DNA of 64,000 bases from Thermodesulfobacteriota bacterium. Its GTDB lineage: Bacteria; Desulfobacterota_D; UBA1144; Nemesobacterales; UBA2774. Below the pieces are notes generated by a model, which saw only the letters and a list, made by a program, of their open reading frames with translations, was not told the DNA's origin and did no database searches. A program made the position numbers and the translations under genes. Within the stretch, counting starts at the first letter, position 1; each line of letters opens with the position of its first letter. Shown here in pieces: positions 20,776 through 30,663 of the stretch. Where the stretch lies: NCBI GenBank assembly GCA_965216785.1, contig OZ244197.1:704001-768000 (forward strand), written 5' to 3'.

Positions 20776-21558
20776 TTACCCGTTAATCAATTTCAGACAT
20801 AGATCACAAGGCTTTCCCTGATACTGTACTGTCAGCACTTCCTCCTGCCAGTGTGAGTTATAAAGGCAGCACTCCTTATTATCACAAAAAGCTTTTCCGC
20901 TTATATGGTAGAAGAGGGCTTGAAGCGCGTATGAATATAGTATGGAGGAGATTTTAGGGTCGTCGTATTCTACAAATCTTCCCCTGTACATTTCATCTAG
21001 CACACCCACGTCCTTACCGCTTTGAACCAAGCCGCCTTTTATAAAGTAATATTCCCTGGGCTTTGCCGGAGCCTCGACCAGTCCCGAAGTGGATATCAAG
21101 GAGGGAACCCCGGTGAGCACTACTCGCGCGTGATATCTTCTGTCTTCAAAAGTCCCGAATAACCTTGAGGTGAATATGAGGTGTAGATAATCGTCCCCTG
21201 ATTCAAGAGAGACTTTCTCACTCATCGCTCTATGAAATATCCTCTGAAGCCAATATCCGTCGTAAAGTACACCCTTAGGATCTTCTTTACCTAACAGTCT
21301 ATTCATTTCGGAATTTACTTGGGTACTGTTCGGGACGAGAAGATTGACTAGATCCGACGATATATCATCTACCACAGCGCCTGAGAGTTTTTCAGCAATA
21401 GCTCTGATGCTATCATTGGATAGTCCGAGAAAATCGATGACGTTACCGCAGTCCTCTGTTTGAAATCCGTAACTTGCAAGATTGTCATGTATATGAGAGA
21501 TATCGAGCGATTCTGACGGGTAGTCAGAATAAATATAGATTTTTATTTGACGGCTCAT
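20776..21558 (-). CDS. DUF6775-like putative metallopeptidase/Zn-finger protein
   Basis: YDGY.LQR, RYHAR, ISTSGLVEAPAKPREYY, C-terminal FC.N.EC.L.NSHWQEE...C..C. Confidence 0.65.
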   Translation of the reverse strand: MSRQIKIYIYSDYPSESLDISHIHDNLASYGFQTEDCGNVIDFLGLSNDSIRAIAEKLSGAVVDDISSDLVNLLVPNSTQVNSEMNRLLGKEDPKGVLYDGYWLQRIFHRAMSEKVSLESGDDYLHLIFTSRLFGTFEDRRYHARVVLTGVPSLISTSGLVEAPAKPREYYFIKGGLVQSGKDVGVLDEMYRGRFVEYDDPKISSILYSYALQALFYHISGKAFCDNKECCLYNSHWQEEVLTVQYQGKPCDLCLKLING

Positions 21559-21593
21559 GTAATGTGTATGGGTGGTGCAGGTAGTGTAAAGAT

Positions 21594-22067
21594 TTAACCT
21601 GAAATTTGAGCTATAACTTCTATTTCAACAGGCGCGTCAAGGGGAAGCTCCGAAACGCCTACTGCAACACGCGCATGGCGTCCAGCCTCACCGAAAACCT
21701 GAAAAAAAAGCTCAGACGCCCCGTTCATAATATTAGCCTGTTGGTTAAACCCCGGAGCGCTTGCTACATATCCTGTGATTTTTACGATCCTCTCGATCCG
21801 GTCTAGGTCTCCAAGCTCATTCTTCAGTACGGCGACAGCGTTCACAGAGGCTCGCCGCGCTGCTTCCATGCCCTGCTCTAAGGATATTTCAGATCCTACT
21901 TTCCCCTTTAGAGTCAGCTCCCCACTAACCATGGGGAGCTGGCCGGATATATAGATCAAGTGTCCTGTAATAACCGCAGGCACATACGCGCCCAGCGGTG
22001 TTTGAACCTGTGGGATATCAATCCCAAGCTCTTTTAATCGGTCCTCAGCCTTAATTGTCATCGGCAT
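21594..22067 (-). CDS. RidA/YjgF/UK114 family protein
   Basis: GAYVPAV..G.LIYISGQLP, NGASELF..VFGEAGRHAR.AVGV..LP. Confidence 0.92.
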   Translation of the reverse strand: MPMTIKAEDRLKELGIDIPQVQTPLGAYVPAVITGHLIYISGQLPMVSGELTLKGKVGSEISLEQGMEAARRASVNAVAVLKNELGDLDRIERIVKITGYVASAPGFNQQANIMNGASELFFQVFGEAGRHARVAVGVSELPLDAPVEIEVIAQISG

Positions 22068-23478
22068 CCGCTTTTAGTGCTACGTAGATAGTGTTGGATC
22101 CGCGCTGAATTAAAAAGAGCACGTTTTGCCCGGGATCTGTGGAGTCCATTGTATTTCTGTAATTATCAAGATTAGCTATTCGGTTCTTGTTTATCTCAAG
22201 TATCACATCTCCTGCTCTGAGCCCGGCAACTGCCGCCGCGCTCCCATTCTGTACATCCGTAATAATCACGCCCATGGAATGCTCAACGCCAAAGCGCTTC
22301 TTCACACGAGGGGTAATCTCTTGAACTATAAGACCCAGATTCTGCTCAACCGCCTTCCCGGGAGTACGCCTTGAGCTCTGAGCGACCTCGTCCGGAAGCT
22401 CACCGAGCTTTATCTTCAGAGTCTTCTCTTTTCCGCCTCTTATTACCTTTACCTTAGTTTTAGTGCCCGGCGCGTAAGAAGCCACGGTTTTGGGCAGATC
22501 GGGCATTTCTTCTATCGTCGTCCCGTTGAATTCGACTATTACGTCTCCTCTCTTCAAACCCGCCTTGTCTGCCGGGCCATCGGGACTGACGTCTGCTACA
22601 AGAGCACCCTTCTCACCATTTAAATTGAGCCCCTCGGATATCTCGGGTGTAACCTCCTGTACGTACACGCCGATCCATCCCCTGACTACTTTGCCTGAGT
22701 TGCGGAGCTGCGCTACCACGTCCTTTGCCATATTGATTGGTATGGCAAAACCGATCCCCTGCCCTCCCGCTATAATAGCGGTATTAACACCGATTACCTC
22801 ACCGTCGAAATTAAAAAGAGGCCCGCCGCTATTGCCGGGGTTAATTGCAGCGTCCGTCTGCAGGAAATCGTCATATGAGCCGAGCCCCAGTGATCTACCC
22901 TTGGCGCTTATTATTCCCGCTGTTACCGTGTGCCCGAGACCAAAGGGGTTTCCAATGGCTAAAACCCAGTCACCTATCTCAAGCCCCTGAGAGTTTCCGA
23001 ACTTCACAGCCGGCAGCTTAGTTTTGGGCTCAATTTTGAGCAGCGCTAAATCTGTTTTAGGATCTGTTCCTATTACCTCTGCCTGATAACTGTCTCCGTC
23101 TTGCATTATTACCTTTATATCAGTTGCTCTTTCCACTACATGGTTATTTGTAATGATGTAGCCGTCTTCACTAAATATGAAACCCGAGCCGAGGCCCTTT
23201 CTCTTAAATTCCTGCTCAGGTGCGTCGCCGAAGTAACGCTTAAAAAAGTCTTGAAACGGGTCTCCCTGCTCATCTCCGCCGAAAGGAGATTGATATGAGA
23301 AGCTTCTTCCTTTACTAACGCTAGTGGTACTGATGTTTACAACCGAAGGACTGAGCTTTTTAACAAGTGGCGAAAGGGATTGATACTCACCGCTCTGGGC
23401 TAAAGCCTCCATTTGAGCTCCTGAAAAACCTACAAATAACACCGTGATTAATATGAGAATTCTTGCCAATTTCGGCAT
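22051..23478 (-). CDS. Periplasmic HtrA serine protease (DegP/DegQ, two PDZ domains)
   Basis: GSGFI, TNNHV, TDLAL, QTDAAINPGNSGGPL; signal peptide; two PDZ repeats. Confidence 0.95.
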   Translation of the reverse strand: MPKLARILILITVLFVGFSGAQMEALAQSGEYQSLSPLVKKLSPSVVNISTTSVSKGRSFSYQSPFGGDEQGDPFQDFFKRYFGDAPEQEFKRKGLGSGFIFSEDGYIITNNHVVERATDIKVIMQDGDSYQAEVIGTDPKTDLALLKIEPKTKLPAVKFGNSQGLEIGDWVLAIGNPFGLGHTVTAGIISAKGRSLGLGSYDDFLQTDAAINPGNSGGPLFNFDGEVIGVNTAIIAGGQGIGFAIPINMAKDVVAQLRNSGKVVRGWIGVYVQEVTPEISEGLNLNGEKGALVADVSPDGPADKAGLKRGDVIVEFNGTTIEEMPDLPKTVASYAPGTKTKVKVIRGGKEKTLKIKLGELPDEVAQSSRRTPGKAVEQNLGLIVQEITPRVKKRFGVEHSMGVIITDVQNGSAAAVAGLRAGDVILEINKNRIANLDNYRNTMDSTDPGQNVLFLIQRGSNTIYVALKADADDN

Positions 23479-23694
23479 GGCTATAATACCTCCGACATAT
23501 ATTATTATTGATTAATTTATAGTGGTTAAATTAACTACCGCTCCCATCATATATAAATAATCTATATGCTCGCGCACACGTATCTATAAAAAATGTATGA
23601 ATAAAATTATAACTGATGATTCCCTATCTTGAAGAAAATATTCACACCGAGAATTGAACGGGATGGGGCCTGTGTTATGCGGATATTAGAAGAA

Positions 23695-24885
23695 CTATAT
23701 GGGTTCCTTAAGCATGCTGTCCCAATAGTTGAAATGAATTTTTTGTGAATATAGCTTGAGTATGAGGTTTCTAAAAGAAGAAACAAGCTTATTGTCTGCA
23801 TAGGCGAATTTGCCCATCATGCGAGACTGGTTTTGTATTTTATCTACCCGTGAGCGTCTCCTAGTCATGTGCGCCTCAAGAGTATGACTTATGTATTTTG
23901 AATCGGCCCTGCATAGCTCATCCGCCATGACAGCCGCTGATTCCATGGCCATCGTTACCCCGCCGCCTGCAGTGGGAAGAACAGCGTGTGCTGAATCCCC
24001 TATGAGCGCGACTCTCCCGTTATACCACTTGTCCATCTGGAGATCGTAATAATCACTATGATATATGGTAGTTGGGTCATCTAAATAGGAAAGTATCTCT
24101 GGTACTATTCCGTTAAAATCCTTAAAGTTCTCCCGTATTCTGTCAATTCTCCCCTCAAGTGGGTCGGGAATACCTTCAGGGCTTCTGATGCTGGTGAATA
24201 CGGACAGGCGGCCTTTTGTGGGCCATATGCCTAGGAACTTGCCCGTTCCCCAGTACTCGGCAATCTGATTGGTATCTAAAATCCCGGATTTAACCCAAAA
24301 GTTCCATCCCGTCATACCGCCGAAGGTCGGCTTAACTTCCCCGAATATTTGTCTCCTGGTCTCAGAATTTACTCCATCACAACCGAGCACGAGGTCATAT
24401 GTCTGCTCTGTTCCGTCGCTGAACGTAACAAATACCTCATCGTTTGTCTGATTAATATTCTGAACATGTGTATCCATAAGAATATATTCAGGATCGACCG
24501 CTTTTCTAAGAACGTTTATGAGCTCGGGCCTGTAAATGCTTATCATAGGACCGTACTTTTCTGTTACAGGAAGTACCGAATAGGAATGGAGCATTTCTCC
24601 GCTATCGTTCCACACATTGTATTTTGTGAACGGAAGCCCCGCTTCAAGTAATTCCTCATAGATACCTAAGCCCTTTAAGATGCGGCTTCCGGCTGGCCAG
24701 AGTACAATGATATAACCAACGTTGCCGTACTCGGGAATACGCTCTACAAGCGTAGGTTTGAACCCTCTCTGCTGTAGCAGTCCCGCAAGAGTTAGTCCTG
24801 CTATACCTCCGCCTACTATGAGGATGCGCATATCTGTGCCGTATCTGACTGGCAGGCTGTATTTTTCGGTATCTACCATGCTCAT
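23695..24885 (-). CDS. FAD-dependent monooxygenase (UbiH-like fold)
   Basis: GGGIAGL, GCDGVNS.TR, GRVALIGDSAHA..P..GGG..MAME. Confidence 0.88.
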   Translation of the reverse strand: MSMVDTEKYSLPVRYGTDMRILIVGGGIAGLTLAGLLQQRGFKPTLVERIPEYGNVGYIIVLWPAGSRILKGLGIYEELLEAGLPFTKYNVWNDSGEMLHSYSVLPVTEKYGPMISIYRPELINVLRKAVDPEYILMDTHVQNINQTNDEVFVTFSDGTEQTYDLVLGCDGVNSETRRQIFGEVKPTFGGMTGWNFWVKSGILDTNQIAEYWGTGKFLGIWPTKGRLSVFTSIRSPEGIPDPLEGRIDRIRENFKDFNGIVPEILSYLDDPTTIYHSDYYDLQMDKWYNGRVALIGDSAHAVLPTAGGGVTMAMESAAVMADELCRADSKYISHTLEAHMTRRRSRVDKIQNQSRMMGKFAYADNKLVSSFRNLILKLYSQKIHFNYWDSMLKEPI

Positions 24886-25020
24886 TATTCTATCCGCCTA
24901 TTATTAAATTCATATGAATAAATTGCAACTTTTACTACACCTATGAATATATACATAAATCAGGATTTTTAAAGGCTTTTATTTTCTGAGTATTGATAAA
25001 AATGAGGATACATACCGGCT

Positions 25021-25458
25021 CTAATATTGTGGAATTTCATTTTCTGAAGCCATACAGATTTCAAGCTCGAGCCCGTCTGGATCTAAAAAGTGGTAAGCTG
25101 TGATTTTCCCGCTCTCGTCCTTCTTTTCTTCAATAAATCTGATCCCCTTTTCTTTTAATAGCCTGCTTGATTTCTCCAGATCCCCGACTAAAAAAGCTAG
25201 ATGGTTCACACCCTCAACATATGCCGCGCCGCGTGCCGCGCGATTCTTATCCTCTGTCAACGCTATCAGCACTTGCTTCTTAGTTCCGAGGAAAGATTTT
25301 TTCTGCTCCCCGCTCTCTCGTCCGTCAAGTATAACGTCTAGTCCAAGCACATCTGAATAGAACTCAATCGCTCTGTCTATATCGCTCACGACAATTGCGG
25401 CGTGGTCTATTTGTTTAATCAAGCCGTCCTTGCCTATAAGTTTTCTAAGCCATTCCAT
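25021..25458 (-). CDS. VOC/glyoxalase family protein
   Basis: IDHAAIVVSD..RAIEFY..VLGL, NHLAF.V, FLDPDG.ELE; start set at ATG 25458. Confidence 0.85.
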   Translation of the reverse strand: MEWLRKLIGKDGLIKQIDHAAIVVSDIDRAIEFYSDVLGLDVILDGRESGEQKKSFLGTKKQVLIALTEDKNRAARGAAYVEGVNHLAFLVGDLEKSSRLLKEKGIRFIEEKKDESGKITAYHFLDPDGLELEICMASENEIPQY

Positions 25459-25508
25459 TCTGAGCTCTACCCCTGAACATAATGAAAAAAAGTATATCAA
25501 CTGAGACA

Positions 25509-26735
25509 CTATATCATATTGAATTTACCCAGGATAACCCAGCTGGCCACAGCAATAACAAGTAATACGACAAAAGAGGTAATCCAGTAGCTCCCGACCA
25601 GAGAGCGCAGGAGACCCTCTCTAACCTTGACTAACTTTGTATACGTCTCATATTCGGTACTGGCCTGATCGTAAACTGGCTCTTCAATATCAACTATCAC
25701 AGATAAAAGCAGGGGTTGGTACCCCGCTTTTACAGGTGTCACATACCACTGCCATTTTATATCCTCAACCGGTGCAACGGACTCGGACCTGGCGCCGTGG
25801 TCATCGGGAAAGAGCTCTCGTGAGTTAAACGATTCCTCAACCGGCTGTACTTCAAAGCCGTTTCCCGTAAGTAGTACCAGCATGTCCTGGCTCAGTTTCA
25901 GTTTATCTGCCTGGGGTTGATCATTGAGAGCGGATGTAAGCCCGTCTATAAAGCTTTTGCTCACCAGAGCTTCGACGAGGTATGTACCCTGGAGCAGCAT
26001 GCTCCTGGGCGGTTCAAAAATGATCTCCCCAGGAGCGCTCTGATTAATTTCGCTTCCGATCAATTTAAGCAGAGAGGGCGGCGGCGTGGGTGGAGGAGGC
26101 TTTGGGGTTGCTACGGGCAGGGGAGCCTCTGCCGCGGTTAATTCTGAATCAGCTTCATCCGTGTCAGTAGCCCCTTCATCTGTCTCTTCCCCAAGAGGTT
26201 CTTGTATAGCAGTCTCAGTAGTGAAGGTCTCTTCAGACGTTTCTTCCTCGACTACAGGCTCGTGTGCAATAACGACCGGAATGTTGTATATGAGCCGCAC
26301 TCTTCTGTTACTGGCAAGGGCTTCCCGGGTCTCGCCCGATGCAAAGCGGTCGGTACCTCCCTTGGGCACTATGCTCAAGTTTTCCGATGGGACGCCCAGA
26401 CTGATTAAGTAGTCCTTTACGGACTGAGCCCTTTGCCCTGAGAGGGCAAAATTGTAATCATCGCTGCCCGTTGAGTCGGAGTAACCTTCAAGAGTAGCTA
26501 CTATCTCAGGATTACTTATTAAAGAATCCGCATGTTGGTTCAACCCATCTTTGGTTTCGGAGCTGATATCATTATTATCCGCCTCGAACAAAACGTCGAA
26601 TATAACTTGCTCAGTTTGTACATCCCCGCTTTGGGTTTGCGCCCAGGTAATTCCATATCCGGATGTTAAGAAGATATAACAAACCACGAGGGATATGACG
26701 ATACTTATGTTTAATATTTTTGAAGCTTTATTCAT
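25509..26735 (-). CDS. OmpA-C (peptidoglycan-binding) domain protein with Pro-rich linker and C-terminal TM helix
   Basis: LEGYSD.TGS..YN..LS..RA.SV..YL...G...NRRV; PKPPPPTPPP linker; hydrophobic C-terminus. Confidence 0.8.
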   Translation of the reverse strand: MNKASKILNISIVISLVVCYIFLTSGYGITWAQTQSGDVQTEQVIFDVLFEADNNDISSETKDGLNQHADSLISNPEIVATLEGYSDSTGSDDYNFALSGQRAQSVKDYLISLGVPSENLSIVPKGGTDRFASGETREALASNRRVRLIYNIPVVIAHEPVVEEETSEETFTTETAIQEPLGEETDEGATDTDEADSELTAAEAPLPVATPKPPPPTPPPSLLKLIGSEINQSAPGEIIFEPPRSMLLQGTYLVEALVSKSFIDGLTSALNDQPQADKLKLSQDMLVLLTGNGFEVQPVEESFNSRELFPDDHGARSESVAPVEDIKWQWYVTPVKAGYQPLLLSVIVDIEEPVYDQASTEYETYTKLVKVREGLLRSLVGSYWITSFVVLLVIAVASWVILGKFNMI

Positions 26736-26906
26736 TCTGCGATCAATGACCCGGTAGCCGGAATAGTAAATATGCTACTCAGAAATTTACCCTATGTGCT
26801 GTGCAATCTAAACCGTCAATTATTTACTTACACTCCGCTGTAGGTGCTATACTAATTTATGTTAGCGCTCAAGTGCTAATATAACTCACATATAGCCGGG
26901 TTAATA

Positions 26907-28061
26907 ATGGATAAAGATATTCAGATAAAAGTTCATAATTCAATTTCGGGTATAGATAGAGAGCAGTATAACGCTATTGTGGACTCACAAAACCCCTTCC
27001 TTGAATATGAGTTTTTAGAGGCTCTCGAGAAATCTGGCTGCGTTGGGGAGGGAACTACCTGGAACCCCCGCTATATAGTACTAGAAGACGGGGGCAGGAT
27101 AGTAGGCGCCCTCACTTCGTATGTAAGACTCGACTCTTACGGTGAGTATATATTTGACTGGGAATGGGCGCGCGCTTTTGAGAGCTCGGGACTGAGCTAT
27201 TATCCGAAGATGGTTGTGGCAATCCCCTTTACCCCCGCAACAGGGGTCCGGATACTGGTGCATCCTGAGTATCTGTTTGAGGATTGCGCGGAATATCTGG
27301 TAAAACGCCTGATTGATGTTTCAATTGAGGAAAACTGCTCATCGATACACTTCTTGTTTTTAACCGATAAGGAAAAAGACTTCCTTCACAATATGGGATT
27401 TATGACCAGAAAGACCCACCAGTACCACTGGAAGAACAATGGGTATAAGAGTTTTGACGATTTTCTCTGCGATATGCGCTCGGGCAGAAAGAAACAGATA
27501 AGGAAAGAAAGAAAGTATTTAGAAGAGTCCGGGCTTGAGATAAAGATCGTTGAAAAAGACGAGATCAGTGATGAGCATATGGACGCGATATGGGAGTTTT
27601 ATATGGACACCCACTCAAGAAAGTGGGGAAGCGCTTATTTAAACAGAGAGTTCTTTGATTTGATGTACAAGAATTTCCGTCACCGTATTGTCCTTGTAAT
27701 GGCAAAAGACAGGGATGTTTGGGTGGGCGGTACATTCAATATAGTAAAGAGTGAGAGTCTTTTCGGGCGGTATTGGGGAGCTTTATACAACTATAAGAAT
27801 CTCCATTTTGAATGTTGTTTCTACAAATTAATAGATTATTCTATAGATAGGGACGTTCAAGTATTTGAAGCCGGGGCTCAGGGTGAGCATAAATTTTTAA
27901 GGGGTTTTGGAGCGGTGCCCACGTATAGCTCACACTATATATTTCACAGGGGAGCCTCTACTGCGATCGAGGATTATTTAAGGGGAGAAACAGAGTATAC
28001 GGATAACCTGATCAGACAATATAACAGGCAGTCGCCGCTCAAGTATTTATACGGAAAGTAA
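26907..28061 (+). CDS. FemAB-like / GNAT-fold protein (DUF482 type)
   Basis: NPFL...FL.ALE.SG, SYGEYIFDWEWA, YYPK..VAIPFTP.TG, LFGRYWG, LHFECC.Y, EAGAQGEHK..RGF. Confidence 0.88.
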   Translation: MDKDIQIKVHNSISGIDREQYNAIVDSQNPFLEYEFLEALEKSGCVGEGTTWNPRYIVLEDGGRIVGALTSYVRLDSYGEYIFDWEWARAFESSGLSYYPKMVVAIPFTPATGVRILVHPEYLFEDCAEYLVKRLIDVSIEENCSSIHFLFLTDKEKDFLHNMGFMTRKTHQYHWKNNGYKSFDDFLCDMRSGRKKQIRKERKYLEESGLEIKIVEKDEISDEHMDAIWEFYMDTHSRKWGSAYLNREFFDLMYKNFRHRIVLVMAKDRDVWVGGTFNIVKSESLFGRYWGALYNYKNLHFECCFYKLIDYSIDRDVQVFEAGAQGEHKFLRGFGAVPTYSSHYIFHRGASTAIEDYLRGETEYTDNLIRQYNRQSPLKYLYGK

Positions 28062-28067
28062 TAGAGA

Positions 28068-28409
28068 ATGGAAGACGGAAAAATTAGACCTGAAGACCTG
28101 GAAGGAAGCCTTCTTACCGAGGAAAGGCACAAGGTAAAGAAGCCCGATATGTACAGGGTCGTACTTCTAAACGACGACTATACGCCCCGGGATTTCGTGG
28201 TTTGGATACTGGTAAGAGTATTTTACAAAACCCAGCAGGAATCGACCAGGATCATGCTGGAAGCCCATACGACGGGGAAAAGTAGCGTGGGTGTGTATAC
28301 TTATGATGAAGCGACAACGAAAATTGAGCAGGTAGACAAAATAGCAAAACAGTACGAGCACCCGCTCCAATGTGTGCTGGAAGTGGAGAGCGGCGGTGAG
28401 GAAGAATGA
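28068..28409 (+). CDS. clpS: ATP-dependent Clp protease adaptor ClpS
   Basis: YRVVLLNDDYTP.DFV, MLEAH..G, A.TK, HPL.C. Confidence 0.95.
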   Translation: MEDGKIRPEDLEGSLLTEERHKVKKPDMYRVVLLNDDYTPRDFVVWILVRVFYKTQQESTRIMLEAHTTGKSSVGVYTYDEATTKIEQVDKIAKQYEHPLQCVLEVESGGEEE

Positions 28410-30661
28410 CACTATCAAGAGAGCTTGAAAACACTCTAAGACGGGCGTTTGACCAGGCAAAAGCCAGAAAGCACGAGTATATTACGCTTGAGCACATACT
28501 GCTGGAGCTTACATATGATCCGGACGCCTCTCCCGTACTTATCGGCTGCGGCGTGGACCTTGACAACTTAAGAGATTCGCTCGATAACTTTATGAACGAA
28601 AACATGCCTCCGATCGAGTCCGAGTACCTCGGCGAGCCCGAGTATTCGGCTGGAAGCCAGTTTGTGCTGAGACTTGCCGCAATGCACGCTGAGTCTGCCG
28701 ATAAATCGCAGATAAACGGCAGCAACATACTGATCGCGATGTTCAGGGTGGACGAATCGCACGCTGTGTACATACTCAATCAGCAAGGGGTTAGCCGATT
28801 TGACGTGGTACGTTACGTTTCTCACGGGGGCGGGGAGCAAACTAGAAAAGAGGGTTCTACAAGCATCGCCAAGACCGATGTCGACTCACAGCAGCAAGTA
28901 AAAGACCCTCTTAGCGAGTACTGCACGAACCTCGTGGAAAAAGCAAAAGATGGAAAGCTGGATCCTCTGATCGGAAGAGAAAGTGAAATCGACCGTACAG
29001 TGCACATACTGGCCAGGAGAAGGAAGAATAACCCAATATTCGTGGGGGATGCGGGGGTCGGGAAAACTGCTATCGCGGAGGGGCTTGCGCTAAGAATAGC
29101 TGAGAAAAAAGTGCCGGGGGCGCTTGAAGAAACAGACATATACGCTCTCGATATGGGTTCTCTCACAGCCGGGACACGTTACAGGGGTGATTTTGAAGAA
29201 AGACTCAAATCCATAATAGACAGCGTGAAAGGGGATGATAAAAAAGTTCTGTTCGTAGACGAAATACATACGGTAATCGGCGCTGGGGCAGTGTCCGGAG
29301 GCACGCTCGACGCATCGAACATGCTAAAACCCGCCCTTTCAAGCGGGGAGATCAGGTGCATCGGAACCACCACTCTTAAAGAATACCGGGGTGTTTTTGA
29401 AAAAGACCACGCGCTCGCCAGAAGGTTTCAGAGAATAGACGTTTTCGAGCCGAGCGAAGACGAATGCCTTAAGATACTCCAGGGACTAAAGAAATACTAC
29501 GAAGAATTCCACGGTGTAAAGTACTCGACCCCGGCGCTTAAAGCGGCGGTCGAGCTTTCGGCAAAATATATGAACGACAGAAGACTGCCGGATAAGGCGA
29601 TTGACTTGATAGACGAAGCGGGGGCGGCGGTTAAGCTCAGAAAGTACGACGCTGAGGTGAAGCAGGTCACTGTCAAGGACATTGAAGCCCTCGTATCCAA
29701 GATCGCCAAGATTCCGAGCAGGACGGTCAAGGTAGACGACAGAAACAGGCTTATGACTCTGGCAGGAGACCTTAAAAAGGTTATATTCGGTCAGGACGAG
29801 GCTGTGGATAAGCTCGTTACAGCAATACAGATGTCCCGCTCAGGCCTGAGCGAGCCCAATAAACCCGTAGGGAACTTTATGTTCGCCGGACCCACAGGAG
29901 TGGGTAAGACAGAGCTTGCAAAACAGCTTGCAGAAGCTATGGGGATTGAATTCATACGTTTTGATATGAGCGAGTATATGGAAAAACATACGGTATCTCG
30001 CCTCATAGGATCCCCGCCCGGATATGTGGGTTACGACGAGGGCGGTCAGCTGACCGAAGCTATACACCAGAACCCGCACGCAGTATTATTGCTCGACGAG
30101 ATAGAAAAGGCCCACGAAGACATATACAACGTACTACTTCAGGTAATGGACCACGCCACCCTGACCGACTCAAACGGAAGGAAGGTCGATTTCAGACAGA
30201 TCGTGCTGATACTGACCACAAACACAGGTTCCAGGGAAAGCAGTCAGAGAACAGTAGGGTTTGAAAAAGACGAGTTTGAGGATAAGAGCCTTATTGCCAT
30301 AGAAAAATTCTTTAGCCCGGAGTTTAGGAATAGACTTAACGCCACGCTTCATTTCAGCTCACTTACTAAAGAAGTGGTCGAGAAGATAGTGGACAAGATG
30401 GTCGGGCAGTTGGCGGAGCGGCTGAAAGCTAAAAAGGTAACGGTCGAGCTTACTCCGAAAGCAAGGACTTATATTGCGGAGAAGGGCTACGACAAGCAGC
30501 TAGGAGCAAGACCCATACAACGGCTGATAGACAGCGAGATTTCGCAGAAGCTATCTAAAGAAATATTGTTCGGAGATTTGTCTACAGGCCGGGGCGGAAA
30601 GGTGAAGATAGTTGTTAAGAAGGGAGCGCTGGGGTTTGAATTCGGAGACAATCTGCATTAG
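28406..30661 (+). CDS. clpA: ATP-dependent Clp protease ATP-binding subunit ClpA
   Basis: HEYITLEH, RRRKNNP, GDAGVGKT, GPTGVGKT, RFDMSEYMEKH.VSRLIG; no middle coiled coil; follows clpS. Confidence 0.96.
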   Translation: MTLSRELENTLRRAFDQAKARKHEYITLEHILLELTYDPDASPVLIGCGVDLDNLRDSLDNFMNENMPPIESEYLGEPEYSAGSQFVLRLAAMHAESADKSQINGSNILIAMFRVDESHAVYILNQQGVSRFDVVRYVSHGGGEQTRKEGSTSIAKTDVDSQQQVKDPLSEYCTNLVEKAKDGKLDPLIGRESEIDRTVHILARRRKNNPIFVGDAGVGKTAIAEGLALRIAEKKVPGALEETDIYALDMGSLTAGTRYRGDFEERLKSIIDSVKGDDKKVLFVDEIHTVIGAGAVSGGTLDASNMLKPALSSGEIRCIGTTTLKEYRGVFEKDHALARRFQRIDVFEPSEDECLKILQGLKKYYEEFHGVKYSTPALKAAVELSAKYMNDRRLPDKAIDLIDEAGAAVKLRKYDAEVKQVTVKDIEALVSKIAKIPSRTVKVDDRNRLMTLAGDLKKVIFGQDEAVDKLVTAIQMSRSGLSEPNKPVGNFMFAGPTGVGKTELAKQLAEAMGIEFIRFDMSEYMEKHTVSRLIGSPPGYVGYDEGGQLTEAIHQNPHAVLLLDEIEKAHEDIYNVLLQVMDHATLTDSNGRKVDFRQIVLILTTNTGSRESSQRTVGFEKDEFEDKSLIAIEKFFSPEFRNRLNATLHFSSLTKEVVEKIVDKMVGQLAERLKAKKVTVELTPKARTYIAEKGYDKQLGARPIQRLIDSEISQKLSKEILFGDLSTGRGGKVKIVVKKGALGFEFGDNLH

Positions 30662-30663
30662 AT

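Noticed and set aside
26862-26879. Canonical CIRCE/HrcA operator
   Set aside because: Required 9-nt spacer is absent; kept only as a variant finding
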